Positions 28,431 to 38,627 of a stretch of 64,000 nucleotides of DNA are shown here, piece by piece. The stretch covers positions 49,320 through 113,319 of the forward strand of contig CAYGPG010000002.1 in assembly GCA_964351905.1 (NCBI GenBank), in the 5' to 3' direction. Below the pieces are notes generated by a model, which searched no databases, was not told where the DNA came from, and was given only the letters and a program-made list of their open reading frames with translations. How positions within the stretch are numbered: the first letter of the stretch is position 1; every line of letters starts with the position of its first letter. This DNA is from an uncultured Micavibrio sp. GTDB lineage: Bacteria; Pseudomonadota; Alphaproteobacteria; Micavibrionales; Micavibrionaceae. Position numbers and translations under genes: made by a program.

Positions 28431-28460
28431 AATTTTACCTATCATTGCGGGAAGGCATAA

Positions 28461-30050
28461 ATGGTAAGAGAAGTAGTCGTAGGCGCAGCAATCAAGAGTA
28501 CGTTGACAAGCATTCAACGTAGTCGTGAACGCTTGGACGCGACATCAGAGCGTCTTGCCACAGGTTTGAAGGTAAATCGCCCTATCGATCAACCTCAAAA
28601 CTTTTTTCAAGCGTCTTACCTTCAAAATACAGCGACTGATTATACCAAGCTTTTGGATAAGATGGCGTTGGGTGTGCGTACCATTCAAAACGCAATCACG
28701 GGTGTTGAAACAATTGAAAGTATTTTAAGGCTTGCTGAGAATAAGGCTCTCGAAGCGAAAAGAGAATTAGAGCAAACAAGCTCTGCATTGCCGGATGCGA
28801 TTTTAGCAAACGAGCCAGTTGGTTATTTCCGCCTGAATGATGCCAATGAGGCCGAGGCTGTAAATTTAGGAACTCTAGGCGCAGGAGGTAATGGTGTTTA
28901 CACGAATGGTGTGACACAAGGTGATGAAATTTTATTTTATGGGGCAGGGGGATTGCCTGCAAAATTTGATGGTAACGGACAATATATTGCAGTACCCAAT
29001 GATGACTCTATCAATACAAACGGACCATTTCCTGAGAGAACTGTTGAGCTTATATTCAATGCTGAAACTGTTGGTGGACGTCAAGTTTTGTGGGAAGAAG
29101 GCGGGACAGTTAACAGCTTAAATATTTATATCGATAACGGGCAACTCCGCGTGAACGGTCGTACAACGAATGGTGGTGGATATGGGCCTTTTGACATTGC
29201 TGTTCCTATTCAAGCGGGTGTTTCTTACCATGTAGCTTTCACGCAAGATGGGCCTAGCGTCGCTAATGGTTTTAATGGAACTTTTAAGGGGTTCATTAAT
29301 GGCGAACAATTTGGCGATACGCAAACAATCAATACGATTATAGGGAACCATCCAAATGAAAACGGAATTGGCGCTGTAAATAATAATGTTTATTTCCATG
29401 ATGATGGTCCAGGCAATGCTCCGAGTCGTGGAGATGGGACATTCTCTTTTCATGGGCAAATATCTGATGTTGCAATTTATAATTCAATCTTAACGAATGA
29501 TGAAATTGAATTGCGCTATACAGCAACGTCCTTACCTATTTCAGAAGCGTTTCGTTTAGATACTGTTGAGTTTTTAGAACAGATAGATAGCTTGGTTGAA
29601 GATACACAGTTTCGCGGTATCAATTTACTAGAGAATGAAGAACTGATTGTTGATTTCAATCGTGATAACCGTAACAAATTGAAAGTTCAAGGATCTTCTT
29701 TCTCTGTTGAATCTTTGGGGTTAGACGATATTAATTACCAAAAGCCATCACAAGTTGAAGCGGCGATTCGTAATATTCAAAAAGCAATTAATCAGGTGCG
29801 AGAATTTGGGAGTTCTTTGGCGAATGATTTAAACATTATCCAAACACGTCAAGATTTTACACGGAATACGATTAATATTGCACAGTCTGGCGCGGATGAT
29901 TTAATCGTTGCCGATCAAAATGAAGAGGGTGCAAATCTACTTGCAGAACAAACACGTCTGTCCCTTGCGACAACATCGTTAAGCCTTGCTAGCCAAAGCC
30001 AGCAGGCTGTTTTAACGATTTTTAATGCACCGGGGTTTGGTGGGTTTTAA
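28461..30050 (+). CDS. Flagellin-family protein with a central LamG/ConA-like lectin domain
   Basis: 529 aa. The N-terminal (SERLATGLKVNRPIDQPQNFF...) and C-terminal (LIVADQNEEGANLLAEQTRLSLATTSLSLASQSQQAVLTIF) helices follow the Caulobacter-type flagellin pattern. The middle ~200 aa follow the Laminin_G_3 pattern and end FHGQISDVAIYNSILTNDEIELRY. Confidence 0.7.
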   Translation: MVREVVVGAAIKSTLTSIQRSRERLDATSERLATGLKVNRPIDQPQNFFQASYLQNTATDYTKLLDKMALGVRTIQNAITGVETIESILRLAENKALEAKRELEQTSSALPDAILANEPVGYFRLNDANEAEAVNLGTLGAGGNGVYTNGVTQGDEILFYGAGGLPAKFDGNGQYIAVPNDDSINTNGPFPERTVELIFNAETVGGRQVLWEEGGTVNSLNIYIDNGQLRVNGRTTNGGGYGPFDIAVPIQAGVSYHVAFTQDGPSVANGFNGTFKGFINGEQFGDTQTINTIIGNHPNENGIGAVNNNVYFHDDGPGNAPSRGDGTFSFHGQISDVAIYNSILTNDEIELRYTATSLPISEAFRLDTVEFLEQIDSLVEDTQFRGINLLENEELIVDFNRDNRNKLKVQGSSFSVESLGLDDINYQKPSQVEAAIRNIQKAINQVREFGSSLANDLNIIQTRQDFTRNTINIAQSGADDLIVADQNEEGANLLAEQTRLSLATTSLSLASQSQQAVLTIFNAPGFGGF

Positions 30051-31888
30051 GACGCTTTTTTAACGGCGCGCTTTGCAGCATTCTTCTTTGCTTTTCCACC
30101 AGCATAAGGTTTTTTACCTTTTTGTGGTGCGCCTTTAGGTTTGCCGCGTTGTGGTTTAAAAGCAGAACCTGTTTTCTTTTCGCCAAATTTAGGTTTGGAT
30201 TTTCCTGCAGGCTTGCCTGATTTTGAAAATGGCTTATCTGAAGATTTTCCCTCTGGTTTTTTGCCCTCAAATTTCTTAAAGGGTTTCTTTCCACGGCTTA
30301 AAGGTTGCTCACCAGAAGCATCTTTTTTCTTGGTAAAATCTGTTCTTGGCTTGCTGGTTTTAAAGGGGCTTTTCTTATTGGTGTCTTTTTCTTCACGATA
30401 TCCACGATCTTCACGTTGTGGATTTTGTGCAGAAAATTCGCCCTCTTGTTTTGGTGTACCATCCCATTTGTGGTTACGGTTTGGGTTGCCTTGTTTTGGC
30501 TTATTATCATTATTGTATGATTTTTTCTTATCACCAAATGGCTTCTTTTTTTCACCGTAAGCAGGTTTATCGCCAAAGGTTTTCTTTTTACCCGCATAAG
30601 CAGGCTTATCACCAAAAGATTTTTTCTTTTCGCCGTAGGCTGGCTTATCACCATAATCTGGTTTATCACCAAATTTACCTTTATTTGCGCCGCCTGAACG
30701 AGGCTTGCCTTTAAAGTGTGCGGCGCCGCCACGGCTTGATTTACCACCGCCCATGCGCTTACCTTTACCCTTCTTCTCAGGCGCAAAGCGGGGCTTCATA
30801 TCTGGGTTCATGAGCAATTCAATCGCGTGCCATTTGCGTTCTTCTGTTGGTGTCACAAGCGATAACGCTTGGCCTTTTGCGCCTGCACGGGCGGTACGGC
30901 CAATACGGTGAATGAAGTCTTCTGGCACTTGTGGAAGATCATAGTTAATTACGTGTTCAATGTGTGGAATATCCAAACCACGCGCCACAACATCCGTTGC
31001 GACAAGGATTTTAAATTTCATGTCACGGAATGTTTGGATAACGCGGGCACGACGGCTTTGTTTCATATCACCATTGATGGCTTGGGCTTCATGTCCTGCT
31101 TTTTGTAGACGTTTGGCCATGCGCTCCGTTCCGTGTTTTGTTTTCACAAAGATAATGATGGAACCCATACGCTTATCAAGCTCTTCCAAAAGCACATCGC
31201 CTTTTTCACCATCGGTGATACGCAAAATTTGCTGATCGATGTTATCAGAAGGATTAATTGTTGATCCCACGGCAATACGCTCTGGATTTTCAAGATACGC
31301 TTGTGACATACGCAAAATTTCTTTGGGTAGGGTGGCTGAGAACATCAATGTCTGACGCGTCTCTGGCAAGTAGGCGAAAATACGATCAAGCTGAACGCTG
31401 AATCCCATATCCAACATACGGTCTGTTTCGTCCAAAACAAGGAAGTCAGTTTGTCTTAGTTTTAATGTGCCGCGATCAAGGTGGTCATTAATACGACCAG
31501 GCGTCCCAACGACAAGGCGCGGACGTTTTTTAATTTGGTTGAGTTGTTTTTGCATGGAATCGCCACCAATAAGGAAGGCTGTATTGATCTCTCCGCCTTT
31601 GCCCAAAAGTTGGTGCATGATGTCCATGATCTGTTTACCCAATTCACGCGTTGGCGTTAGAACAAGGGCACAGGCTTCTGGGTTGTTCATTAAGTGTTGA
31701 ACAAGCGGAATGGCAAACGCGGCAGTCTTACCAGTTCCTGTTTGGGCTGTTCCCATAATGTCACGACCATCAAGGGCGAAGGGGATCGCTTGGGCTTGGA
31801 TTGGTGTAGGCGTGTCATATTTCATGATCTCAAGTGATTTATTTAAGATCGGGTGTAGATTTAATTCGTTAAAGCTTTTCATAGTCAT
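30047..31888 (-). CDS. rhlE: DEAD-box ATP-dependent RNA helicase with long basic repeat tail
   Basis: 613 aa. Q motif, AQTGTGKT, DEADR-like LDETDRM, SAT and HRIGRTARAG. About 240 aa K/G/P-rich C-terminal extension. Confidence 0.9.
   Translation of the reverse strand: MTMKSFNELNLHPILNKSLEIMKYDTPTPIQAQAIPFALDGRDIMGTAQTGTGKTAAFAIPLVQHLMNNPEACALVLTPTRELGKQIMDIMHQLLGKGGEINTAFLIGGDSMQKQLNQIKKRPRLVVGTPGRINDHLDRGTLKLRQTDFLVLDETDRMLDMGFSVQLDRIFAYLPETRQTLMFSATLPKEILRMSQAYLENPERIAVGSTINPSDNIDQQILRITDGEKGDVLLEELDKRMGSIIIFVKTKHGTERMAKRLQKAGHEAQAINGDMKQSRRARVIQTFRDMKFKILVATDVVARGLDIPHIEHVINYDLPQVPEDFIHRIGRTARAGAKGQALSLVTPTEERKWHAIELLMNPDMKPRFAPEKKGKGKRMGGGKSSRGGAAHFKGKPRSGGANKGKFGDKPDYGDKPAYGEKKKSFGDKPAYAGKKKTFGDKPAYGEKKKPFGDKKKSYNNDNKPKQGNPNRNHKWDGTPKQEGEFSAQNPQREDRGYREEKDTNKKSPFKTSKPRTDFTKKKDASGEQPLSRGKKPFKKFEGKKPEGKSSDKPFSKSGKPAGKSKPKFGEKKTGSAFKPQRGKPKGAPQKGKKPYAGGKAKKNAAKRAVKKAS
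30521..30682 (-). repeat. 39-nt tandem coding repeat in the helicase tail
   Basis: TTATC(A/G)CCAAA recurs at 30528, 30567, 30606 and 30645 with an exact 39-nt period. It encodes (F)GDKPAYGEKKK(S/T/P) units. Confidence 0.7.
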
Positions 31889-32238
31889 ATCTTTCCATCC
31901 GCCCGTTTCAAGGGAGCAGATTGTAAATACGGATCACAATTTTTTGAGATGTGTTCCGAAAGGTTCATTTGGTTAAGCCACATGGCTTAATACTTCGATT
32001 GCATAATGATTTTCGAATAATGAACTTTTCAGGAAAGAGAGTCTAAAAACTCGTTTAATTTCCAAAGACTTCGTTTGTAGCAGGTAAGTCTTAAAAGCTC
32101 TATATAATGAGCATCATGTCAAACTAAGGCGGGTTATACAGGGGGCTGTGGATAAATGTCAAGGTAAATAAGTAAAATAGTCATTATACGTCATTGAAGC
32201 AGTACGAATATTTACATTTCTTCTGTACGCTACTAGTT

Positions 32239-32305
32239 GTCAACCTGAACTTGTTTCAGGGTCTATGGTTGAGGTGAAAAGATCCTGAAATAAATTCAGG
32301 ATGAC
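32239..32305. repeat. Hairpin MITE-like repeat, CCTGAA variant
   Basis: GTCAACCTGAACTTGTTTCAGGGTC...GATCCTGAAATAAATTCAGGATGAC. Two stem-loops within GTCA...TGAC termini. Confidence 0.6.
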
Positions 32306-32334
32306 AGAATTGAGCCTCTTAAACCTCATCAAAC

Positions 32335-32399
32335 GTCATTGCAAGGTTTATCCATGCAATCCAAATACCATAGATTACACGGACAAGCCGTGTAATGAC
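32335..32399. repeat. Degenerate hairpin MITE-like repeat, copy D
   Basis: GTCATTGCAAGG...ATGCAATCCAAA...TTACACGGACAAGCCGTGTAATGAC. Lies directly downstream of the ABC-F gene stop. Confidence 0.55.
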
Positions 32400-32402
32400 G
32401 GT

Positions 32403-34250
32403 TTAATGATTTTGCTTCATCTCTTCTAGCTCTAACCAACGGTTTTCGTAGCGTTCTAGTTTGGATTGTGCTTCTTTTAGGTTTTTGACGGTGTCGTGGA
32501 AACCTTCGGGGTCGCGGTTGTAATAATCGCCATCTGATAGCTTCTCGTTCAATTCTACAATGACTGTTTCCACGCTTTTTATTTTATCAGGAAGCTGTCT
32601 TAATTCGCGTTCGAATTTATAGGATAATTTAACGGCGGGTTTCGATTCCGCTTTCGGTTCTTCTGTTGTCTTCGATGGTTCTTTTTTCTTTGTTGGCCCA
32701 GACGAAGGTTTTGGATTTTCTAATGATTTTTTCTTTTCTAAATAATCACTATAGCCGCCAACGCAACTGACAATTTTTCCATTGCCTTCAAAGGCGAGGG
32801 TTTTGGTGACGGTTTGGTCAAGGAAGTCACGGTCATGCGACACCACAAGTAAGGTGCCTTTATATTGCATCAAAATTTCTTCGAGCATGTCGAGCGTGTC
32901 CATATCCAAATCATTTGTTGGCTCATCAAGGATAAGACAGGTTTTTGGATTGGCCAAAATTTTAGCAAGCATTAGGCGGTTTTTTTGTCCTCCAGAAAGC
33001 ATAGACACCTTGTCATAGGCGCGGGAGGGATCAAACATGAAATCTTTAAGATAGCCGCAGACGTGGCGCTCTTTACCCATCACATCAATGTAATCCCCAC
33101 CACCGGGGGAGAGGATTTTGCGTAAAGTATGTTCGGGGTCAAGGTCACTTCGTTTTTGATCGAAGTAGGAAAATTCTAATTCTTTACGGGTTTTGACGCG
33201 CCCTTGGTCGGGCTCAATTTCACCGAGGAGCATTTTAAGAAAGGTTGTTTTGCCTGAGCCATTTTTGCCCAATATGCCGATACGATCACCGCGTTGAATA
33301 CGATAAGAAAATTTATCGAGGACAGTGAGGGTCTTATCGCCATTTTCAAATTTCTTAGAGGTATTATAAAATTCGGCGACGATCTTGGATGATTTATCCA
33401 TGTCGCCAATAGGCTCCATTTTAATTTTACGCGTAGCTTTACGATAGGCACTTTCATCGGCTTTCAGTTGGTCGCGCATTTCACGCACCAAGGCCAAACG
33501 TCTGACGTTACGTTTACGGCGTGCTTTGACACCGCGGCTGGCCCATTCCACTTCTTGGCCAACAATTTGTTTGCGGTTGTGAAGTTCGCGCTCTTCTTGT
33601 TCCAAAAGCTCTGTTGACCAATCTTCAAAATAACGAAAGCCCTTAGGACTGACGCGGATTTTACCACGATCGAGCCAGAAGACTTTATCTGTGACGTTGG
33701 CGAGGAAGGTTCTATCGTGGCTAATCACCATTAATGTGCCGCGATAGTTTTTAAGATAAACTTCAAGCCATTCTATGGCTTCTAAATCCAAATGGTTGGT
33801 AGGCTCGTCAAGGAGCAAGATGTCAGGTTCTTCAACCAATGCACGTGCCAACCCTGCGCGGCGGAGTTGCCCCCCAGACAATTTGGTCATTAACGCATCG
33901 CGGTCTAACTGTAAAGCTTCGGTGACGATATCGACCTTATACATGTGCAGGTCTTTTTCATCGTCTTTGATTTCTTGGAAGATATAGTCAAAAACGGTTT
34001 CGCCTTCTTTGGGCTTAATATCTTGTTTGAGGTAGCCGATGGTGGTGCCAAATTCTTCCCAACGCTCACCATCATCTAAATCTTGGGTGCCTGTGATGAT
34101 ATTCATAAGTGTGGTTTTACCCGCGCCATTCTTCCCGACGAGCGCGATACGGCTGCCTTGATGGATGTTAAAAGACAGTCCTTCGAACACGGGAACTTCC
34201 GTGTAGCGAACAAGAGCGTCTTTAACTGATAAGAGGAGAGGTGGTGGCAT
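32403..34250 (-). CDS. uup: ABC-F family ATPase (Uup-like)
   Basis: About 616 aa counted from the ATG at 34250 (MPPPLLLSVKDALVRY). Two ABC cassettes (GKNGAGKTT, LSGGQ twice) and a C-terminal coiled coil. Confidence 0.85.
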   Translation of the reverse strand: MPPPLLLSVKDALVRYTEVPVFEGLSFNIHQGSRIALVGKNGAGKTTLMNIITGTQDLDDGERWEEFGTTIGYLKQDIKPKEGETVFDYIFQEIKDDEKDLHMYKVDIVTEALQLDRDALMTKLSGGQLRRAGLARALVEEPDILLLDEPTNHLDLEAIEWLEVYLKNYRGTLMVISHDRTFLANVTDKVFWLDRGKIRVSPKGFRYFEDWSTELLEQEERELHNRKQIVGQEVEWASRGVKARRKRNVRRLALVREMRDQLKADESAYRKATRKIKMEPIGDMDKSSKIVAEFYNTSKKFENGDKTLTVLDKFSYRIQRGDRIGILGKNGSGKTTFLKMLLGEIEPDQGRVKTRKELEFSYFDQKRSDLDPEHTLRKILSPGGGDYIDVMGKERHVCGYLKDFMFDPSRAYDKVSMLSGGQKNRLMLAKILANPKTCLILDEPTNDLDMDTLDMLEEILMQYKGTLLVVSHDRDFLDQTVTKTLAFEGNGKIVSCVGGYSDYLEKKKSLENPKPSSGPTKKKEPSKTTEEPKAESKPAVKLSYKFERELRQLPDKIKSVETVIVELNEKLSDGDYYNRDPEGFHDTVKNLKEAQSKLERYENRWLELEEMKQNH

Positions 34251-34314
34251 GGGGCATCTTATAACGCGAAGTTTAATGAAGCACAATTCTTTAAATATCT
34301 TATCAAACGTCATT

Positions 34315-34366
34315 CGCCCTCTCTTTCCCTCTCCCTCAGGGAGAGGGGGAAGATAGAGGGGGATTT
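34315..34366. repeat. C-rich/G-rich near-perfect palindrome between adhC and the ABC-F gene
   Basis: CCCTCTCTTTCCCTCTCCCTCAGGGAGAGGGGGAAGATAGAGGGGG. The architecture (C-rich arm, central palindrome, G-rich arm) resembles the cysQ and alaS modules. Confidence 0.6.
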
Positions 34367-34379
34367 TGTGAGGTTGGGG

Positions 34380-35498
<1,119 letters not shown>

Positions 35499-35660
35499 TT
35501 ACTTTGTTGATTTAATTGCCTTTAGACCATAATCGTGGGAGCGAATATTTCAAGGGATTTTGATAAAAAAGCGCCGAATGCATTGATATGTGGGAAAAAT
35601 GAGATTTTCCTTGGTTTTTATGACTCGTTTGCGCTATGTTATGGTTATTCAAAAGTACTA

Positions 35661-37751
35661 ATGGGGAATTTATCTATGAAATCCAAGCGCGTTCCTGATC
35701 GTGTCCATGTTGTTCGCACGCCAGAGCAAGATTCAGGCATGACCACACAAAGTCAAAGTATTGAGATTGTCCGTATGCTGGCGCAAATAAGCGACAAGCT
35801 TAAACGTAGTGAAGCGGAACGTTATGAGCTTTTGAATGAGCTACGCGAATATCGTAAATCTTTGCGCGATTTAGAAGATAAATCAGAGACTTCTGAAAAG
35901 GCATATCTTGCTCTTGAAAATAAAGTAAAAACCAAAGGCAATATTGATACTGAAAGCCTGCAACGTCAGGCTAAGTTAGAAAAAACGCTTAAAGAAGCTG
36001 AAGAACAAATTCTAAAAACTGTCGCAGGGCAGGCGATGATGGATAAACGTCTGTCAGATACCGAAAGTAAACAAGTTGCCATTGACCAACGTCTTGATGC
36101 ATCCGTAGCCGAACAAGCACGCCTTGATCGTCAATTAGAATTAACCGCACAAGATAAATCACGTCTTTTAAGAAAAGTGGAACGTTTAGAAGATGTAGTC
36201 ACTGAAACGCAAGAAACGTTGCGATCAAAAGCGATGGTTTTATTAACGGATCAAAGTGCAGCAAAGGGCGCAAGCCTTGCTGCTCCTGCATGGAGTGAGA
36301 ATTCAGCAAAGCCACAATCTATTGAAAGTTCAGAGCAAGGCTCCTTATGGGCACGTGCTACATCGCTGCAAACATTAAGCATTAGTGCGCTTATTATTGC
36401 CGCGCTGTTGGGCGGATATGCCATTAATCAAATTCAACAACCTAAAATGCCAAGTTTGACGATGTCTGATAGTTTGAGAAGTTCAGACTCAACGATGGCG
36501 CCATCTTCTATTGGAGATGTCAATAATATTGAACAGCAAAAAATTGAAAACCGTTTAAACGATACATTTGGAAATACTACGCCTGCGTCTTCAGCAACAG
36601 AAACGCTGCCAGACAATGTCTTGGATTATAGTGATGATCAATTGATTGAGGCGTTGAACAATGATCCTGAAGCGTTGGCGTCACAGTTAAATAATATTGA
36701 GCCGTCGGCGGCGAACGCGTTGGTGGATTCAACACCGCCAGAAGATATGTCACAAGACCAAGCAGGGGCGGCAGCGAGCCCGTTGGAAAATCCACAAATT
36801 ACACAGCCGATGAAAAACTTTGAGGCGTTGGCTTTTAAACAAGATCCGTCAGTTGCAAAAGCGATTGCGAATGAAAAGTCTGATGCGCCGTTGAGTGAGC
36901 GTGGACAGCCAGATGCGAGCCTTCCTGCGGCGGTTCAGAACATTGAAAAGCAAGCTTTTGCGGGTAATGCTGAAGCGCAACATGATTTGGCTGCAATCTA
37001 TACGGCAGGTCAGGGCGGCGTTGCCCAAAATTTTGAAAAAGCGGCTTTTTGGTTTAAAGAAGCATCAGCGCAAAATATTGGTAATGCGCGTTATAATTTA
37101 GGGGTGCTAAACCATCAAGGGTTGGGCACAGAACGTGATTTGGACAAGGCTTTATATTGGTATAGAGAGGCTGCAAAATTAGGTCATGCCGAAGCACAAT
37201 ATAATTTAGGTATCGCGCATATTGAAGGCATTGGCACAGATTATGATCCAAAATTGGCAGCGGCCTTTTTTGAACGTGCAGCCAATAACGGAATCATGGA
37301 AGCGGCCTATAACCTTGGTCTTATATATGAGAACGGTTTATTAGGTGAACCTAAGGCGGATGAAGCGTTACTTTGGTATAGCATTGCGGCCAAACAGGGC
37401 AGTAGTGATGCGCAATCTGCGATGGAGCAATTGGCAAAAACCCTACAAATTGGCATGGATGATATTGATAATTTGGTTGAGCGTATGCAACAGATTAATC
37501 AATCTGTTAAAGGTCGTCGTGCAGGACCGCAAGGAGAGGAAAATTCTGCCTCTGTTTCTGTCAATTCCAATCAGGCGATGGTCGCGCAAATTCAAGAATA
37601 TTTGATGCTTACGGGCAGTTACTCAGGCCCAGCAGACGGCATTAACGGCCCACAAACTGAACAAGCAATCAAAGAATTTCAGGCGGCGAATAATTTACCT
37701 GTAACGGGTAAGCCGACATCGGCTTTGCTTAATCAAATGGTCAGCAATTAA
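35661..37751 (+). CDS. PodJ-like polarity factor: coiled coil, TM segment, Sel1 repeats and C-terminal peptidoglycan-binding domain
   Basis: About 696 aa. Cytoplasmic heptad region, hydrophobic segment LSISALIIAALLGGYAI, at least 4 Sel1 repeats (AEAQHDLAAIY, ARYNLGVL, AEAQYNLGIA, AAYNLGLIY), and a PG_binding_1-like end GPADGINGPQTEQAIKEFQAANNLPVTG. The start is uncertain (35661 or 35676; the GTG at 35535 is unlikely). Confidence 0.6.
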   Translation: MGNLSMKSKRVPDRVHVVRTPEQDSGMTTQSQSIEIVRMLAQISDKLKRSEAERYELLNELREYRKSLRDLEDKSETSEKAYLALENKVKTKGNIDTESLQRQAKLEKTLKEAEEQILKTVAGQAMMDKRLSDTESKQVAIDQRLDASVAEQARLDRQLELTAQDKSRLLRKVERLEDVVTETQETLRSKAMVLLTDQSAAKGASLAAPAWSENSAKPQSIESSEQGSLWARATSLQTLSISALIIAALLGGYAINQIQQPKMPSLTMSDSLRSSDSTMAPSSIGDVNNIEQQKIENRLNDTFGNTTPASSATETLPDNVLDYSDDQLIEALNNDPEALASQLNNIEPSAANALVDSTPPEDMSQDQAGAAASPLENPQITQPMKNFEALAFKQDPSVAKAIANEKSDAPLSERGQPDASLPAAVQNIEKQAFAGNAEAQHDLAAIYTAGQGGVAQNFEKAAFWFKEASAQNIGNARYNLGVLNHQGLGTERDLDKALYWYREAAKLGHAEAQYNLGIAHIEGIGTDYDPKLAAAFFERAANNGIMEAAYNLGLIYENGLLGEPKADEALLWYSIAAKQGSSDAQSAMEQLAKTLQIGMDDIDNLVERMQQINQSVKGRRAGPQGEENSASVSVNSNQAMVAQIQEYLMLTGSYSGPADGINGPQTEQAIKEFQAANNLPVTGKPTSALLNQMVSN

Positions 37752-37760
37752 ATTTAATTT

Positions 37761-38627
37761 TTACCGTTTGTTACCCATTGCTATTACCGATTTTACCCAG
37801 CAACTAGGATTTACATTTTGGATATGATGCGCGGCTTCATCTGCATCGTGCTTTGAAGGATATAAACCAAAGCAGCATGAACCGCTTCCTGTCATTCTGG
37901 TGACCATAGAATTTTTAGTGTTTGTTAAAGCGTCTAAAACATCTTTTATGGTTGGTGTTTTTTCAATTGCTGCGTCTGTTAAATCATTTCTTCCTTCTAA
38001 AATATATTTCAAAATATCGAAATTTTCTTCTATGATAGGAGTATGAAATTGAGAGATTTTTAAATTTTTAAAAACCTCAATTGTTGATGTTGATATGTTT
38101 GGGTGAACCAAAACCAAATACAGGTTCGGTGCGTTTTCTAAGGGTTCGATAATCTCACCTATGCCAGAGAAGAGGCAAGGTTGCGCGTGATAGCAGACGG
38201 GTATGTCCGCGCCTAATTCTAGTAGAAGGGCGTTTAATTCATTTTGGTTGGGCTGGATATTCCAAAATTTTAGTAGTGCTTTTGCTGTTGCCGCGGCGTC
38301 GCTAGAGCCGCCTCCTAAGCCTGCGCCAGAGGGAATACGCTTATTTAAATGAATATGGCAGTTCAAAGATTGATTATAGTGAGAGGCTAATTTTTGCGCC
38401 ATTTGCACAACTAAATTCTGATTATCTGTGGGGATATTTTTAAATTCACTTTCAAGCGTGAACTTAAATTTGGGATGAGGGGTAAGAGTGATTTCGTCTC
38501 CAAAATCTGAAAAATATGTAAGGGAGTGTAAGAGGTGATAACCATCTTCCCTTTTTCCTGTCACATTTAATGTCAGATTTATTTTAGCAGGAGCTTTAAT
38601 TTTTATATGACTACTGCTAGACGCCAT
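37761..38627 (-). CDS. ispE: 4-(cytidine 5'-diphospho)-2-C-methyl-D-erythritol kinase
   Basis: 288 aa. GHMP kinase motif IPSGAGLGGGSSDAAA and N-terminal APAKINL. Confidence 0.9.
   Translation of the reverse strand: MASSSSHIKIKAPAKINLTLNVTGKREDGYHLLHSLTYFSDFGDEITLTPHPKFKFTLESEFKNIPTDNQNLVVQMAQKLASHYNQSLNCHIHLNKRIPSGAGLGGGSSDAAATAKALLKFWNIQPNQNELNALLLELGADIPVCYHAQPCLFSGIGEIIEPLENAPNLYLVLVHPNISTSTIEVFKNLKISQFHTPIIEENFDILKYILEGRNDLTDAAIEKTPTIKDVLDALTNTKNSMVTRMTGSGSCCFGLYPSKHDADEAAHHIQNVNPSCWVKSVIAMGNKR

Noticed and set aside
28441-28452. ATCATTGCGGGAAGG just before the flagellin start, resembling a GTCATTGCGAG repeat terminus
   Set aside because: It is only a partial match of about 10 nt with no partner terminus. 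The GGAAGG is better explained as the Shine-Dalgarno sequence.
35535-35660. GTG-initiated extension of the PodJ-like ORF
   Set aside because: The first 42 codons (MGANISRDFDKKAPNALICGKNEIFLGFYDSF...) look like translated intergenic DNA. ATG codons at 35661 and 35676 precede the conserved-looking region.
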